Source of the DNA: Adineta vaga
Lineage: Eukaryota; Animalia; Rotifera
Direction of reading: 5' to 3'
Assembly: GCA_021613535.1 (NCBI GenBank)
Contig: CP075496.1
Span: forward strand, 14,694,001 to 14,758,000
Length of the DNA: 64,000 bases
The notes under the pieces were generated by a model that ran no database searches, was not told the origin of the DNA, and saw nothing but the letters and a program-made list of their open reading frames with translations. Both the position numbers and the translations under genes were made by a program. This document shows positions 38,735 to 53,500 of the stretch, one piece after another (position 1 is the first letter of the stretch; the number at the start of each line of letters is the position of its first letter).

Positions 38735-40078
38735 CTTAATAACATGAGCTGGAAACTTTAAAGCCCTCATATATTATTGGCAGAAAAGTTAATAGACTTA
38801 GCTATCATTTGAACAACTCATACACTAACGCAGCTAGCAACTTAATATTTCCAAAAAATAAAAGAGAAGAATAAGTTTAATTATTTATGCAAAACTCGCG
38901 GTGATCATACTATCCGCTGGCGCCAAAAGAAGTCAAACTTTTTACACATTTCTATGGAAGATACAAAAGTGTTTTCCGAAAAAGAAATCCCAGTCATGCA
39001 TAAAAGAAATGTGAATCGGGTGAGGCGAGCATTCTACGACACAATTCAACTAGGATTAGTCATATGATGCGTTATAGCGGTTTCCTAGATATTGTGTGTA
39101 TTTGGCAAATCGCATGAACATCCGAAGATTCAAAAAGTATTCTTCAAACAGTTCTATTAGTCAAATTAGTCATCGTATATCTAATCGGAATTATTGCGAT
39201 TGAGGGTGCTTCGGAACCACTGAGAAAGATGTATCTCGACCGAGGTTGCCTTGGAACATAATGAATATAACGAAAAATTTCCTAATTTCCCATTGTGTCG
39301 ATTATATTCAATTATGGCAGTCACATATGAAGCCCGTTTATTCTCTCATACAGCTTTAGAAACAATGAATCTTCCGAAAAACGCTTAACGCATCTTATAG
39401 AATTAGTAGTCTCCTCAGATAGTTACCACTAAGTCATCGATCAAAATGATCCCAAGATCGCAAATATGCTACTTTACCGAGTGCACTTCAAAAAAATCTA
39501 GAAACGAATTTCAGGAAGCAATTGGCGTTATGAGCGTGAGAATGGGCAGTCTTATACAGTCCTCATCCTCATCCCGAAAAAACACTCATGCTATCTGATG
39601 ATGTGGGCGAGGGTGTGAGGATCAATGGTTAACCCTTTTCTACACTCTCACCCACCCTCAAGATCCAGATAAAATGTTTCAACAATCTAAAATTAAAACG
39701 AGAAAAGATCGAAAACAAGCCTAATAAAGACAAATTCTTATCCTGCAGCACAGAACGAAAACAAGAGATTATATGATCGACGACATTATATCTATTATTC
39801 TACAAAAGTATCATCATCATATGTATCAAAACTGTAAATATAGAAAATCAACTTCTTTTCCTGCGTTAGACTTCTATACAAAATCGACAGATCCTCCAAA
39901 AATTTCACTTTCTCTTAACTCGCCTTTCGATATCACCAGGTCTAGGATACAAATCGGAACGATCGCGCGAGACCCTACGGTTTTTACATAAAAATAATTC
40001 AACGAAACAATGATTGGAAATAATCAACCGATAACAATTCTTATCAGAAATTACCAGACCAGATATATCAGTAGTAAC

Positions 40079-41103
40079 CCTATTCCTCCATGTTGCACAT
40101 TCCGAAATCGCTACGAATCGCTAGGAACTCCCTGAAAATTCGCCTTGATCCAATCTCGGAGTTAGTTCCCCGAATCAGGTCGTGTACAAATCGTTCGATC
40201 ACTCAGCACGTAGCAATAGGTGAGCCGGGGTAATAACGGTGTAATTACAGTTACAAAATCGCTAGGAATTCCCTGAAAATTCGCCTTGATCCAATCTCGG
40301 AGTTAGTTCCCCGAATTAGATGGTGTACAAATCGTTCGATCACTCAGCACGTAGCAATAGGTGAGCCGGGGTAATAACGGTGTAATTACAGTTACAAAAT
40401 CGCTAGGAATTCCATGAAAATTCGCCTTGATCCAATCTCGGAGTTAGTTCCCCGAATCAGGTCGTGTACAAATCGTTCGATCATTGAGCGCGTAGCAAAA
40501 GGCGAGTCTGAGTGATAAGGGTGTAATTGCGGTTACGAAATCGCTAGGAATCGCTAGGAATTCCATGAAAATTCGCCTTGATCCAATTTCGGAGTTAGTT
40601 CCCCGAATCAGGTCGTGTACAAATCGTTCGATCACTCAGCACGTAGCAATAGGTGAGCCGGGGTAATAACGGTGTAATTACAGTTACAAAATCGCTAGGA
40701 ATTCCATGAAAATTCGCCTTGATCCAATCTCGGAGTTAGTTCCCCGAATCAGGTCGTGTACAAATCGTTCGATCATTGAGCGCGTAGCAAAAGGCGAGTC
40801 TGAGTGATAAGGGTGTAATTCCGGTTACGAAATCGCTAGGAATCGCTAGGAATTGCGGCAAAATTCGCCTTGATCCAATCTCGGAATTTGGTCCCCGAAT
40901 TAGGTCGTGTACAAATCATTCGATCACATGGCGCACATAGCAATATATGACGGTTTGATTCGAGCACTTAATTGCAGAGTCGAGTGGAATTCGATGCTAC
41001 CTGATTCATTTGGTAATCGAAGCTGTTTGGGAATGCCGGGAATGGGTTGTAACTGACTCCTTGGGTTGAATTGATTCCGAAATGTGCAACATCGTGGAAC
41101 AGG
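40079..41103. mobile_element. TIR element carrying an internal tandem array
   Basis: TIR CCTATTCCTCCATGTTGCACATTCCGAAATC vs GATTCCGAAATGTGCAACATCGTGGAACAGG. Confidence 0.7.
40110..40945 (+). repeat. Tandem array of about six 141/151-bp units
   Basis: AAAATTCGCCTTGATCCAATCTCGGAGTTAGTTCCCCGAATCAGGTCGTGTACAAATCG recurs six times; two unit variants. Confidence 0.95.
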
Positions 41104-41526
41104 AAGTAGTCTCAGATTTATTGCATCTCGTGCGCCACTGTTCGAGAGCATATTCTGCTTAGATATCCTTAGTTTGAGAAGAATGTTTAGTGAGTTAAAG
41201 TTTTTGGTTGAATTGAGCAATTCACGATTCCTTTTCGTTGAGTTCGGTAGGAAAACTTTTTATTGAAAGTTTGTAACATTTTTATACTCTGCCTAACGTC
41301 ATAAACGACAGATGTGCATCGGTTACATAAATTAGACATTAAAAGCTACCTTTCTATAATATATGAGCATATTTATTTTTAGTTTCGAACCTCGCGAAAA
41401 GTATTATATTTCGTCTGCTTCGGTTCAGTTAAATATCTTTATTTTGGCGAATTTTATCTAGATATTTTCGGGAGTAATGTTTAAAACATTTGAAAAGAAA
41501 ATGCCTCTATGATATTTATTTTTTAG

Positions 41527-44500
41527 ATGAATGTATTGTTAGAAACATTGTGGCAACGCTGGCGGGCCTCCAGATTACTTGTTATTATTATTTGTTTTGT
41601 TGCCTTTTTCCTCGAATATACATTATACATGTGTGTCAGTAAGTATGTTTTGATATTTGACTGAAGCTATTAGATATCACCCAAGTTGATAATTATTGTA
41701 TAAATACAACTTCCACGTACCAGAAATCTCTCGGGGTTGCAGAGGATTTTTAACTTTATTTTACTTCGAAAAACTAAAGGAAAGGAAAGAAGTTACTTCT
41801 TTGTAGCGGGTTAAGTAAAGTAAAGATGATATACTTTACTAAAAACGTACGATGATCCTATGTGTGGTCTTACCGACCCTGGCCCTTGTATTATATTCAA
41901 ATTCTTAATATCCAGATCACGTGGGTGAAGTTAGCCCGATATTCAACTGTTTCTTGTGGAGATACGTTAAAGAATTTATGGTGAGTGGATCATGGTGGTG
42001 TTAGTTTTAGAATTCGATTTTGTGTCGAATTATGGAATTGTCGAAGAGAATCATCGGGAAAACCAATTATCGCGCCTGTACTCAAATTTTCACTTCTAAT
42101 GATATCATCGAGAGTTACACTATTCAATAGATAATTAAGTTCTGAACCCAACACACTTAATTTTATACTCAGTACAAGTTCTCAAACTAATTCCGACTAA
42201 CTTTACTCGCGTGGCCTGGACTGCATTTTTATATAAAACCATAATATTGTCATATTTTGCCTTCTAAAAAGTCTTGGCATGCTTAAATTTGTAGAACTGA
42301 GGCCTGGCGAAACTAAAGCTTTTGCGACCGCACCTGAACCTGAAAGGGTCTGGGGCTATCTAGCGGGTTCTATCCGTGTTTCTACTTTGAGCATTTTATG
42401 TAAAATAGATAGGAAACTGAAGTACTTGAATGAATAGAGGTTTTCCACCTCTATAGTCAAAAATGTCTCGTTGATGTTACGCTCGAAAATGTTTCCTGAC
42501 TAAATATATTTTCGAATGCATAAGTTGTACATAGACGGAATCACCATTTGTTTTATGATGAGAATATGCGTACATCCGTTTTTAATCATTTTTTATTAAT
42601 GTTTTATAGCATTTTCGAAGAAATGTTTTATTGAGTTAGATTGAAGTAAGATGCACCCAGGGAAAATTTGCAGTAAAAAAAGTTCGCTTTTTATGACATC
42701 ATTCTATAGATTATGTGTTGCCGATCTCGAATGTCACGTCCCTGGCTGTCAACACTCTTTCCTTGCTGAGATATTTGCAAAATACAGAGAGAGACTGAAA
42801 AAAACCCAAAACACAACTTTTCAGTAAAATGGCCGTAGTTTTTTCCCAGTTTAGTCTTTTCCCTCAACTCAAAGCTTTTAGAATTCAGCATCAAAAGCTG
42901 AGACTAGACAAGTAGTTTTCAAACATCCAGACCTAAAAGTGGATTTGCAAAGGGACCAGAAATCGGATTGACTCGAAAACGTCTGACCAATTTTGCAATC
43001 CTAACACAGGTTTTTTAGAAGGTGTTCAAGCGATTATTCTTGCCTGGTTAGATCCGCACGATACTTAGCTACAAAACAACAAAAAGGGTTTTTTTAAATT
43101 TTGTTTCCTCGCTGAGAAAAACGGTTTTTACTAAGACCATGGCGAATCCAGTGAACATCTTATCGAGATCTCTAGAAAGGTTTCTGGAAGATTTTCGTAA
43201 AAAGTTCAGAAGGCTTAACAACTTTTCTGTAAACATAGAACTGTTTCCTTTAGCAGTAGACTGGAGATGTCTAAGTAAGGTATAGAAACAACATAATTTC
43301 CCTGCAGAATCAGCTTCTAATATATTCTCTCGGTTTTTGCACAACTAAAATCACAATCAACAGTAAAAAAACAGAAGATCATCGCTTCGAAATCAAACTA
43401 AATATACAGATTACTATTGCTAATCCTTGTATGTCTTCGAACTTTAATGGTTGCGTGTGATCATCGTCCTCGACTTCCATTCCTTCTTGTTCATCACTCG
43501 AAATCGTTTCGGATTCATTAGTGAGATTTGCGTTTGATGAACGGTTTTCCCGCATAGTGTGCAAGTGAGCATGAAGTTTTCGCTGTGGACCTATATTAAA
43601 CGGTAGAAGTTGTAAAAGTGATTTACTCTGGATTGTAGAATGGATGATAAGATCAGATAAATTTAGTTGTATTACACATAATCTACATGAACTGATACCG
43701 GTGTATTTATAGGCCGGAGCGACGGAAGGAACACTTGAATACCGAAGAGGGAGAGAGATATATCACGAAACAAAAATGTACTGATTATAAAGACCTGGAA
43801 AAGATAGTATGAATGCATAGAGAGGAGAGAGATATATTGAAAAGAACTGAAGAGACAAGGGTGACAGCGGTACCTATAAAAATTTATCAAAAACCACTTG
43901 AATGCCTCCGAAAATCCTCCAGAAACCTTCTAGAGATGTCGAACAGATGTTCAGTGGATTCACCATACTTCATTTCATCAGTGTGAAGCTAACACCACCT
44001 ATGAATCAACCAATCAGATGACATCCATATTGTACAATACCAATCCATATATTAACAACTGACTATTCCTTAGTTACCAGAAACACCTGTATTCCAAACG
44101 CACTTTTCTTAACTAATTCTCGATCCCCACGCGTAAAATGAAAGAAAAAACTGAAAACACTTAATATATTCACAAAAAGCACCAAACGCATTCCCGACTC
44201 ACATTTCGAAAAAAAATTATAACCATACTACGTTCTGAAACCTAATTAAACACAAGAAATATACAACTGCTACCGCCATACCGCGGCAAAACTTTCACAA
44301 GAAAGTAGTTCCGTTCAAAGGAATTCATTCTGAGGAGAAAAAAATCTCTCCTCCATCATATGCAATGACACATATATGAGTTCGAAGAAAAAAAAAAGAT
44401 TGTCTTTATTTCATCGAAGATTCGTTTTCCCGTGAATAGAACCTACTCTATCCGATGTAGAATTCGATTCTTCATCGACTGCAACAACTTTCATTCCCGG

Positions 44501-47500
44501 AAAACGAATCTTCGATGAAATTGATTCAGTTTGGTTTTCTTACATAGCGAGAAATGCGTCTTTAACCATGATCTCTGTGTTAAATGCTGTGTTAATAATG
44601 AACTGGGATGCAATGGGAATATGTGGATTGCACGGAAAATAGATGGCAGAATGGCTTGGAAGAAATGTAGTTGTATGAAGTATTTTATGTATTATGTTTG
44701 AATGAGTGATGCTTGAAATTGGAAATGAGTTATGGGAGTATCATTCGAAGATGCGATTGGGTTTCGAAATATGTGTTCGGTGACGATTTTTATGGAATGT
44801 GTGCGGTTAAATTTTGACAAGATGTTACTAGAAAATAGTGTTACTAGGGCGACCATGGTCCAATTCCTGGCCTCCATAATGGTGTTTCATGGTTTTGAAT
44901 TTTTTCATTGGCCGATTTTTCGGCCAGTTGGATTTTGTTTTACGTGTTGCTAGCGTTTCGTGGTGCTAGCTTCACACTGATCTTCATTTCGATCAAAAAT
45001 CTCAAAAAGACCAAAAACCGACTTGGCCGTTTCGGCATGGTCTTAGTAAAAACCGTTTTTCTCAGCGAGGAGTGAATCCGATTTCTGGTCCCTTTACAAA
45101 TCCATCTTTAGATCTGGATGTTCGAAAAGTACGGCCATTTTACTGAAATGTTGTGTTTTGCAAATATCTCAGCAAGGAAAGAGTGTTGACAGCCAGGGAC
45201 GTGACATTCGTGATCAGCAACCCATAACCTATAGAATGATGTAATAAAAAAGCGAACTTTTTTTTACTGCAAGCTTGCCCTGGGTGCACCATATATATAT
45301 ATATATGATTTTTGTCATAATTTATTTATAAATTTTGTCATTCTCGAGTTTTGGCTTGAAACTTCGTATACAGAGAGGTCTTAGTCAAGGTAGTTAATTG
45401 TGAAAGTTTTAGCTTTCCTGATGTTTCTCACTGGAGATATGAGCACTAATACTGGTATTTGCAAGTGGCATCAGGTATCACAGCTGTTTCTTCACACAGA
45501 AACAATGACTAGATCTAAAACTTTCACAATAAACTACTCTCACTTAGACCTTTCCTTGTACGAAGTTTCAAGCCAAAACTCGAGAATGAGTTTTTCTGAA
45601 ATCCCTGAGGGGGACCACGGCAGTGTGTTATCCCAGTACCTTAACAATACAATATCTCAACAACAAGAGAGCATGGGGAAAAATCCCTTTAGGGTTTCTA
45701 TTTATACTATGAGCCCTACTTATGGACAAAAAATCAGCTTGATCGGAGGGTGTCACCTGAGGAGGTTCCCTCGTAAGAGCCCAGTGGGCTTCTATTCTGG
45801 GAAAAGTTTAATCACTTTGTCTCTTCGATATTATTCTATGTTCTATTTTTGAAAAATAACAAATATCGAGCATAATAGCAAGCGTAATCGAAAACAAATT
45901 TCATTTTATTAATACAAATTTATTCAATCAAATCTTGTGTGCAAAAGCATTAGATAAAGAAAAAACAATCGCCGAGCAGTTTTGATAATTTTAGACAACA
46001 GAAACTCGAAATAGAACGTATTGAGTTTTTTTCTCTGATATTCAACCGAATGTAATAATCATTGATAAAACGTTATATATAAATATCTTTATTCCCCATT
46101 ATGCAAATATGAATGCAAGGGGAAACAACAGACTCGAGGACTCCATGGATTTTACAGCATTTCAAATTATCTCGGAGTCCTTTGGAGTCTATCGCAGTTC
46201 GTGAAGTCGGTGGACTCCTATAGGTTTGGAGTCCAATGTAGCCTATGGAGTCCCGGGATCCTGAAATATGCCGTTTCCCCTTGTATGAATGCGAGGCGCG
46301 AGATATTGTTTGAATAAAATTATGTTGAAAAATGAAATCTGTTTTCGGTTACGTTTGCTATTATGGTCGACATCACATACCTATGTCATCATTCCGATAT
46401 TTATCATTTTTCAGAAGTGGAAATTGGAATAAGATCAAAGAGCAGATGTGTAGAAAAAAGTGATTATACCGCTTTAAGAAACAGATGAGATAAAATATAG
46501 TCAGTTTTATGTATATGTATGCCCATACAGCGATCGACAAAAAAGGCTTATTAGAACAAACTTATGTTTAGTTTTGATCTAATTTAACCGATTATCTAAT
46601 TACTATATTAATGACGGCTAAAGAAAGAATTGATACAAGAAATATCTCGGTTAAAGTCTAACAATACATCTGCTTACTATTTATAGTTCCAATTATACCG
46701 AACTATCTGTATGAAACTGAGCACAAAACTCGTCAGAATATTGTAAACAACTGTTCGTTGAACTTTACTGGCAAGCTATCCTCAGCGGTAAGTAATATCA
46801 ACAATGATGTCCTTCGTCAAGACATAATATTATAACACCAGGTATGGAACAATGCGAACATTTCCTGTGTTTTCATACGGAACGAAACTCTACGATCCAC
46901 TCAATTGCAAGAGGTCAATAGAAAATGAAAATTTATTATATTAATTTTTATTCCGCTTTCTATTATTTCTATTCGTAAGTAGGAAGCTGCTCGCGTGGGT
47001 ACTCTAATGGCCGCAACAGGAGTTACACAGGTAATCTGAATTTATCTGACTTTTAGCACACGGTCTTCAGTTTGTTTCCAATGCATTAAGAATTTTTCAT
47101 ATCAGTCGACAAAATTTTAAAATACAAATTGTTCTTTGTTTCTATGTATGGCGATATACTTACTGGAGAGGAGTTTTATTGGTTACCGATAATTCTAAGA
47201 ACCAACTGACAAGTTGTCAGTGGATGATTTAACTTTGAAGAGGGTGGGCGTGGATAAGTGAGCGCGTGGATATGGATAAGGGTATTTATATAGATCAAAA
47301 TATTATATATACATACATTCCATATGCTCTCAACACTGAGGATACAATATACTGAACTATCGTAGTGTCTTAACGGGTGTTCTAAAAAGATGGGCCTCTC
47401 GGAACTTTTCAGGTCTCCCTTTGTTGTTTTTATAATTAAGATTTCTTTTTATCAAAAGATAGCGCTTGAAATTTTCTAGAGAAGTTTTTTTTAAATATTC

Positions 47501-50500
47501 CCTCGGCTGAAAGGAGCGTGTAGTACAAGAAATGGAAATGCGTTTGTATGTTTGCCTATTTACGATAGATTTTTCCATGCGAGAAAATACATGGTTCTAT
47601 CGGAATGATATAAGCATATTTGTGTAGCTACATTCACTCATAGTCTTGAATAACTTCAGCTAGTATAGAATCATCTACCTTCATCATAGTAAATGTAGAA
47701 GTCTCGGACTGAAATCCGAGTGTTATATGTATTTCAAAAAGTGATACTATTCCCTGTGAATCATTAAATTCTTGACAGATTCAATAGTTTACTAACTGTT
47801 TGAGTAGACAAAAAGAAGCTAGAAACTGTGAAGTAACCGTGAACACTGGGAGTGACTAGTTGTTCCTGATACTGCATCATGAATTAGGTGAAAATTTGGC
47901 CAACATGTTTATATAATGTAATCCATTGACTCATCCTAATATTGTACAACATTAATCTTTGTACATAAAGGATTCCAATATAAGGGGTGCGGCAAAATAA
48001 ATAGCAGGCTCATTGTTTCAACCACCGTTCTCTTATTTGTCGCCCTATTGAGCTGAACTTGTTCCAAAAAGATGCGTCGTGAAATTCTCTACAAAAGTGT
48101 ACATTTTATTTAATGCAAATAGTTTCCGCTGTTTTTTGACAAACGATGCAAACGATTAATCTAGCTAGCACAACTTTTTAACAGCACTTATCAGTTTATC
48201 GAGTAAAGTTTTTCTGATTGAATATTGTCCCATTTTATTTGCTCAACTAGTTCATCGCATATGCAATAGTCCAGAGGATTCATATTGGGACTATTTGGCG
48301 GCTAGCCATCTTTATCGATAAAATTCGGGAAATTGCTTTTACACCACTCTTGTGATAATCGATGAACATGTGGCTTTGCACCATCTTGTTGATAGGTCCA
48401 ATCATTCCCAAATACTTTATTTCCATACTTTTTGCCTACTGGTAAGACTTCCTTAATATAACGTTCATGATCAAGAGTTTCTTGCTCAAAAACAACTAAA
48501 TAGTGTCTCACCTTTAGAGCACACATTTAACCGAACCATCACCTTCTGTGGAAACTTTCGCTTTTGTTTAACACCAACTTCAGCATCGGCTTCAGCACAG
48601 TGGGCAGCCCATATTCTAACATTTTGAGCATCATACGTTCCATATAAATTAAACATCTTCTCATCGGAAAAAATAATTTCGATAGTTTGCTCTTTGGAAA
48701 ACCTGTTGCGTACCCGATTCGCAAATTTAATTCTTTTGATTTTTTGAATATCAGTAAGTAATGTTTCGACTCGTTGTTTATATGGTTGAAGTTTTGAATC
48801 TTCTTTTGATACTCGTCGTACTAATCTATCAGAAATACTAAAGTCTTTTGCATTTTAATCGATTTTTTCACTTTCGTTCTCATTTCCTTTATTTCGAGCA
48901 ACACGTGGATGACCGGTTGGACTCGATATATTAATTAAACCGGTTTCTCTGATTAACTTGCATCACGTTTCAATCGTTCTAGGACCAATAACAACGTATA
49001 AATGACGAAATATTCCTGTTACACTATCGCCGTTTTTGTAAAGAATTTCACGGCGCATCTTTTAAAAAAAGATCAGCTCAATAGGGTGAAAAATAAGCGA
49101 ACGGTGGTTGAAACAATGAGGCCACCATTTATTCTGCCACATCCGTTATTTCACATTAATTTTTCAATTAAGAGTCAAGTGAATCACTAACGAGGAGCGT
49201 TGTTTATAGATAATGCTCCTCGCTAGTGACGCATTCGATCCTTGACTGGATAATTAACATAAATGAACATTCTGAATAGTGTTGTTAAGCAGCTGAATGT
49301 TAGCCTGACATATTTTTATCCCATTTGTAAACAAAGTACACAATGGAAATAAGGTTCAAATCACAGTCTTTTAAGGACACTCGGTATTATCACAGCGTTG
49401 TGTCTACGCGGTATTGTGTTCATACAATATTTTTTTCACGTGATGCTCTTTTGCAACCGTTTGCTCACGACGATATCTCTAGTGACATTGATTCTGATCA
49501 TTTTGAGAAATATATTTCGTTAGATATGAGGCTTTGTAGAACTTTGATGTTTCTTTACTTTACTAGAAATGAATTGTTTTTTGGCTCGATACTATTTTTT
49601 TTCTAGTTACTTGGCAATTCTATGATTGGTATTATTACTCTTAGGTACAGTTATATCACTAGGTGTATAAAAAATGATGAAGCAATGTCAAAATAACTCT
49701 CATAGGATTGGGTACACAATACCAATGTTCCTTGGTTTTAGTTTGATGCTAACAACTATTATGAGTGAGTGCCAAGGATATTTTGATCATGATGATGTAG
49801 CCAGTGCTTGTATATAGTATTTATCTTTGCGACAACATATACATGGTTCGTGGTGGCGCGTGTAATTGAAGGTGTGGGAGCATCATTATCGTTCGCATCA
49901 GGTGATATATTCGCTGATGACTTTATCTCCATATTTTTTGTATTTTTTAGCTAGTGGAATGTTGTCTGAACGATTTCCAGATGATCATGAGCGTGGCATC
50001 ATACTCGGTCGCGCGCAGAGTGGTATGAGTTTGGGTGCAACGGGTAAGTAGGATTTTCATGATGTGGTGTTGCGTTAGCTATTAATATTCATGTTAATTA
50101 CTAGTTGGACCAATATATGGCGGTGTATTATATTATTACTTTGGTAAAACAGTGCCGTTTGCTATCCTCGCTGGAGTTGTGCTTATCGATGGACGTAAGT
50201 TTGAAACAGACCATTTTCATGTTCTTTTTCAATGATATTTTCTATCAGTACTTCGTTTAAGTATCATTTCAAAGAAGCCTGAAACAGACTACGAAAATTT
50301 CAGAAAGAAAAAGAATTTGGGTGGTTGCTCTACGTTAATGTTTCTTCAAGATCCATTAATACTCATTACTGTTGGTGAGTTTCTTCCATACTCTATAATG
50401 ATTATACCATACTATGCTCATTTTAGGTGCCATTATCGTGAGTCTAATCGGCATTAGAGCTCTTCAGTCCATCTTACCTATTCACATGATGATAGTATCA

Positions 50501-53500
50501 CCAACCATAACATCATTGCAAGAAGGTATTCATACATCGTGACATATTCGATAGCATGCACCATACAATGGTGTGGCTAACGGTTATTTAGTTCATAGTT
50601 TTAAGAGTGAGCGTGTGGATGTTAGTAATACTACAAAAGATATCTACAATAGGCATGAAAGATCGGCGATTTTTGGCGAGGGTGATGGTGTGTATATGAT
50701 TGTAGAGAGTAGCATCCACATTCACGCCGAGCCTCAACTTCTTTTAACGTTCACCACATTGTTTAACAAAAACACAATTTTTTCGTGAAATACGCATAAA
50801 CAAGTATAGTTCTCTAAATAAGCAGTCGATTGATGAGTGAGCGGCTTTATTCTCGGAAGAGAATCATTATATGATCCGTTTGAATAAAGTTTAAAAAAAA
50901 GGAACTATAACATCAATCGCTTCAGGAAATTGATAGGTGTGGGAGGGAGATCCTACAAAAATGCATGTTTTTGAAAGATCTCTTTCTAAATGATAGTGCA
51001 AAATGTTTCAGACCTTTTCATTTTTCCGATTTATACAGTTTTAACGACCGGCCGCTCTCTGACCGAACCAGATTGGTTGAAAAATTTTAGACTGCTTACA
51101 ATTCTGATACACATGACACTTCGATTGAATCCAAGGTTTCTGCATTTTTGGAAGTGTTATTCTGATGCAAAAGTGTATGAAAAATATTACTGATATAGTT
51201 GTCGTTTATGAGAATTTGTAAAAACGGATAAAGAGTATACGTGTTTGGGCAGATATTGTTGTACAATTTTTCACGTAGAAAAGTTCGCTGTCAATCTGTT
51301 CCTCTGTCCGATTAATACGGCTGTAATGTTAAGCTTCGAGATAAGCACTGTGAAAAACCCAAGGTATGTTTGTGGTCCACTCTTGCTGCTATTGAGCCTG
51401 ATTGTCACTGTATGAATATATGGAAATCAGGCATCTATAGCTATATATATATAACGAAGAGTGTTTGTCTGTCTGTTCGCTATGCATTCAGCCTCTATTA
51501 TAGCTAGCGTCACCAGACTGTCCATAAAACTACCGTATGTACAGGGAAAACTCGACAGGGTGTGGGAGACGGAAGGTAATTGAAATTCAATTCAATTTAT
51601 AGCAGCTGATTTGAACGTTCTTTAGAGTATCTATTACTATGCTTTTGACCTAATCTGCTTGTGTTACACAGAAGTGAGGGTGATTCAGAAGTAAGATACT
51701 CACCGCCACACAATAATTGTTGTACTATAGTGTTTCATCATGGACGTGCGCGTATTCGTGATAAATGAAACTTTAACTCGAAGTCTAAGACTTTTTAAGT
51801 GCGAACTGAAATGGAAGTAAAGCAGCGGTGGGATTCTGTTGGAAAATGGGTAGATGTGGAATGCTACATAGAATGAGTTGTACTATCTTAGATATGCGTG
51901 CCGGGATATGCAGTGACAAAGATGAAAATTTTCAAGAGCTACCTTCTGTGCGTCCTCCGTCGTTTTCTGACATATGAAGTTTTCAGTTTGGAAGGTTCTG
52001 GACCACTAACGGATACCTCCGCTAGTATTCTATGAAAACAGAGAACTATGAAGCTTTTGAGCATGCATTAGAAATTGTCTATAATTTATTGAGTTAGGTT
52101 TGATAATGGTACCATTAGCAATTGGCTTCGGCACAAGTCAAAACACATTGGGATCGCTTTCCTTCCGTGTGGGCCGGTACGTTTCATTTTAAATTGTGCT
52201 TAAAAAACAAAATTTTATTTCTTACACCTTCAGATGGTTATCCTGCCTCATTGGTTTGTGGATAATTGGTATTGGCTTCTTGATTGTAAACTAATGGCTG
52301 TAATTTATGCTATTAAAACCGTGTATTTATTCATATTGCTAGATGTCCTGGTGCGATTCGATTCCAGTGTTGCTTGTAGTAATCTATATAATAGGTTTTG
52401 GAGGCGGAACAGTTCTTGTTTCAGCAGCACCTATATTGCCGCGTTTGATCGAGCTCCGACATTCTTCATCCGACTTCGCAAGTGTTTTTGCTCTGTTTGA
52501 CTCTGCCATTTGTCTTGCAGCGATATTAGGTATGATGTAAAATAGTTCGTCGCTTGTAAACAGATATACGCCAGTACAATTTGACTGAATTTCTACAACA
52601 AAAGTATCGAATGATCCTTTAAACAGGGCTTGGCGGGGTCCCCTTGATTCTTATTTTTTCCTGAAATATATTTCAAGTATACGGAGTACGAAACTTCATT
52701 TTATAAATTCGAGCGCATTTTTCTGATTCAATAATTAATGCGACGCGAAGCACAGCATTTACGTAGTCCGTCGCGAGTTTTCTTTGTTCCTTTATCTATT
52801 TCTTCCTATCATCCGTACGCAACTGAATTTTTGATTTTCCGTGACGATGATCTTACGAACGGCACATCGAAAAGAAGAGGTGTCAGACGAAATCACAGAG
52901 GATTCCGTGCACTTAAAAAAGGTTTCGTAGTGTTCCAAGGAAACCTTGAAAACGGTAAGTGAGTGCTCGAGTGGTCTAATGAAAGCGTCTTTGGTTGGTA
53001 CAAATCTTTCAAAGGGTATGGATTTCGTTCCCAGGACGATTCAGTATAACAATCATTTTTCTATCCAGTGCAGATCAGAAAAAACTGATTTAAACGCGAA
53101 AATAAAATACCAAGACTAAACTCGGAAAATCTATTTTAGTAATTCAATTATGACAGTTGATTCATATAATCGATGACGATAGAAGAGACGAGTTTGTTTT
53201 CTGTTTTTTTCTGAGATAGTTAAAACGAGTTTTGAAACAAAAGTTAGGCGCTATTTTCATTTAAACATCTGTTTCACTGCTGAAGAAAAGTTAATTTTTT
53301 GTTGAAAACTTAAGTTCTACATCCAATCAACAGTGAAATTCGTGCTTCGTATCGCATTATTCGTACGAGTATGAAACTCACGTGCCATCTAGCTTTGATT
53401 ATAGCTGCTTCAAATCAGTTGTTAATCTATCGACTGAATGGAGGGTGTATTGCAGAAAAATAGAAATGCGTTTGTATGTTTGTCGTGGGTCATAGGTCAG

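Noticed and set aside
40110-40945. Possible CRISPR array
   Set aside because: Units repeat in full with no unique spacers, there are no cas genes, and the context is eukaryotic
52955-53040. Second tRNA-like sequence (TGCTCGAGTGGTCTAA...GGATTTCGTTCCC)
   Set aside because: A/B-box-like motifs only; a convincing cloverleaf could not be folded
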